Shown piece by piece: positions 63,168-64,000 of a stretch of DNA of 64,000 nucleotides. Position 1 is the first letter of the stretch; every line of letters begins with the position of its first letter. A program made the translations under genes and the position numbers. Source of the stretch: an uncultured Planctomycetaceae bacterium (GTDB lineage Bacteria; Planctomycetota; Planctomycetia; Planctomycetales; Planctomycetaceae); the NCBI GenBank assembly GCA_963815195.1, contig CAWFGE010000007.1:288001-352000 (forward strand), given 5' to 3'. Under the pieces are notes generated by a model. That model made no database searches. It worked only from the letters and a program-made list of their open reading frames with translations, and was not told the DNA's origin.

Positions 63168-63340
63168 TCGGGTGGCTGGGGCGCAAATTCCCCTTTAAGA
63201 CAGGCTTAGGTTCCAAGTACTGGGGCCATGGACGAGCTAGAAAATTCTCACACGGCCCCAGCTCTCAAAACCCTTTTTGTGCTCGGGACCTTCTGTTGCG
63301 CCCTAGCCACCCCGTCACCTTCCATTGACATTTTGAATTA
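63164..63340 (-). mobile_element. Structured MITE/REPIN-like element, copy 2 (outer end of one terminal repeat missing)
   Basis: Reverse complement aligns with 2062-2237: TAA.TCAAA.TGT.A.T.GAAGGTG..GGGGTGGCT.GGGCGCAA ... CTGGGGCCGTG.GAGA ... GCCCCAG ... GCGCCCCAGCCACCC. Confidence 0.7.
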
Positions 63341-64000
63341 CTCCTCTATCCGAAACGGCGAAGCCGGCAGGCCTTGGCCGTTGTAGAGATTGCACTTTGG
63401 GTCCGGGGCCCAGGCGTATCGCACGGCGGCCGGTTTGGAGACATCCGGACTGGAGACGATGACTTGATCCCCCTCGATCCGCGCTTTCGCGGGTTTCCAT
63501 TCACCGTCTTTGCCGGCGACCTCGAAGCCTGTCAGTTCATCGCCCTTCGCCTTTAAGCCTCCCTCCGCGTGCGTGAAAGAGACGGCGAGTTCGCTGTCTT
63601 GAGCTTTCGCTCCCGCGGGCAAGGGGCCGCTGGTCGCGATGTCTTTTTTTCCATAGACATCGCCTAAGGCCCACATTGCCAGCCGCCGGCCCACGTCCTG
63701 TTTGTTCTTGGGATGGATGTCTTTCGTCTCGCCGATGTCCACGGTGATCGCCATGCCCGTCTTCGGCAGCCGAAGCGTTTTGAGCATGCCTTCGCGGACG
63801 AGCATCCAGCCTTCCCCGTCCCGGCCGAAGTTGGGAAGCTGCACCCAGGCCAACGGAAGCTCTTCGCCCCACCGCTTTCGCCAATCCTGGACCAACAGCG
63901 GCAGTTGATATTGATAGAACTGCCCTTTGCCCGGCTGCGAATTGGCTTCGCCTTGATACCACAGCACCCCGCGAATCGCATAAGGAACCAGCGGCGCGAT
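63338..64000 (-). CDS. Sialate O-acetylesterase (SASA) family, 3' part; start lies outside the window
   Basis: IRGVLWYQGEAN, VQLPNF, DIHPKNKQDVGRRL, VRYAW and GLPASPFR. Confidence 0.93.
   Translation of the reverse strand: MAPLVPYAIRGVLWYQGEANSQPGKGQFYQYQLPLLVQDWRKRWGEELPLAWVQLPNFGRDGEGWMLVREGMLKTLRLPKTGMAITVDIGETKDIHPKNKQDVGRRLAMWALGDVYGKKDIATSGPLPAGAKAQDSELAVSFTHAEGGLKAKGDELTGFEVAGKDGEWKPAKARIEGDQVIVSSPDVSKPAAVRYAWAPDPKCNLYNGQGLPASPFRIEE

Overview
A GC-rich bacterial chromosome segment, most likely from a Planctomycetota (Planctomycetaceae-like) organism. The evidence is a DUF1559 remnant, DUF1080, a sulfatase, a very large PQQ-type beta-propeller protein, and planctomycete-style TolC and Ser/Thr kinase proteins. 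It holds about 47 genes, a mix of housekeeping (tdh, panB, ettA, pyrK, dgkA, SNF2 helicase) and accessory functions. I found no rRNA, tRNA, CRISPR array, prophage or transposase gene. At least 8 single-base frameshifts split otherwise intact genes and look like long-read assembly errors. Main points: (1) A Tat-exported xanthine-oxidase-family molybdoenzyme operon whose internal electron chain appears dismantled. All four Cys of the distal [2Fe-2S] site are replaced, three of four Cys of the PaoB-type [4Fe-4S] loop are gone, and the FAD motifs are altered. A 76-aa six-Cys protein and an exported DUF1326 protein follow it. (2) A gene cluster of hybrid kinase, single receiver, and HisKA-like/receiver/adenylate cyclase, plus a distant cNMP-domain Ser/Thr kinase. 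(3) A ~190-bp structured, MITE-like element in two diverged copies, one next to a duplicated gene 3' end. (4) A candidate small RNA upstream of panB, on the opposite strand. (5) A membrane-anchored protein with an SrfA-like N-terminus, 8 beta-sandwich repeats and a VWA domain. (6) An unusually diverse set of REP-like palindrome families, including a 6-copy 36-bp tandem array.
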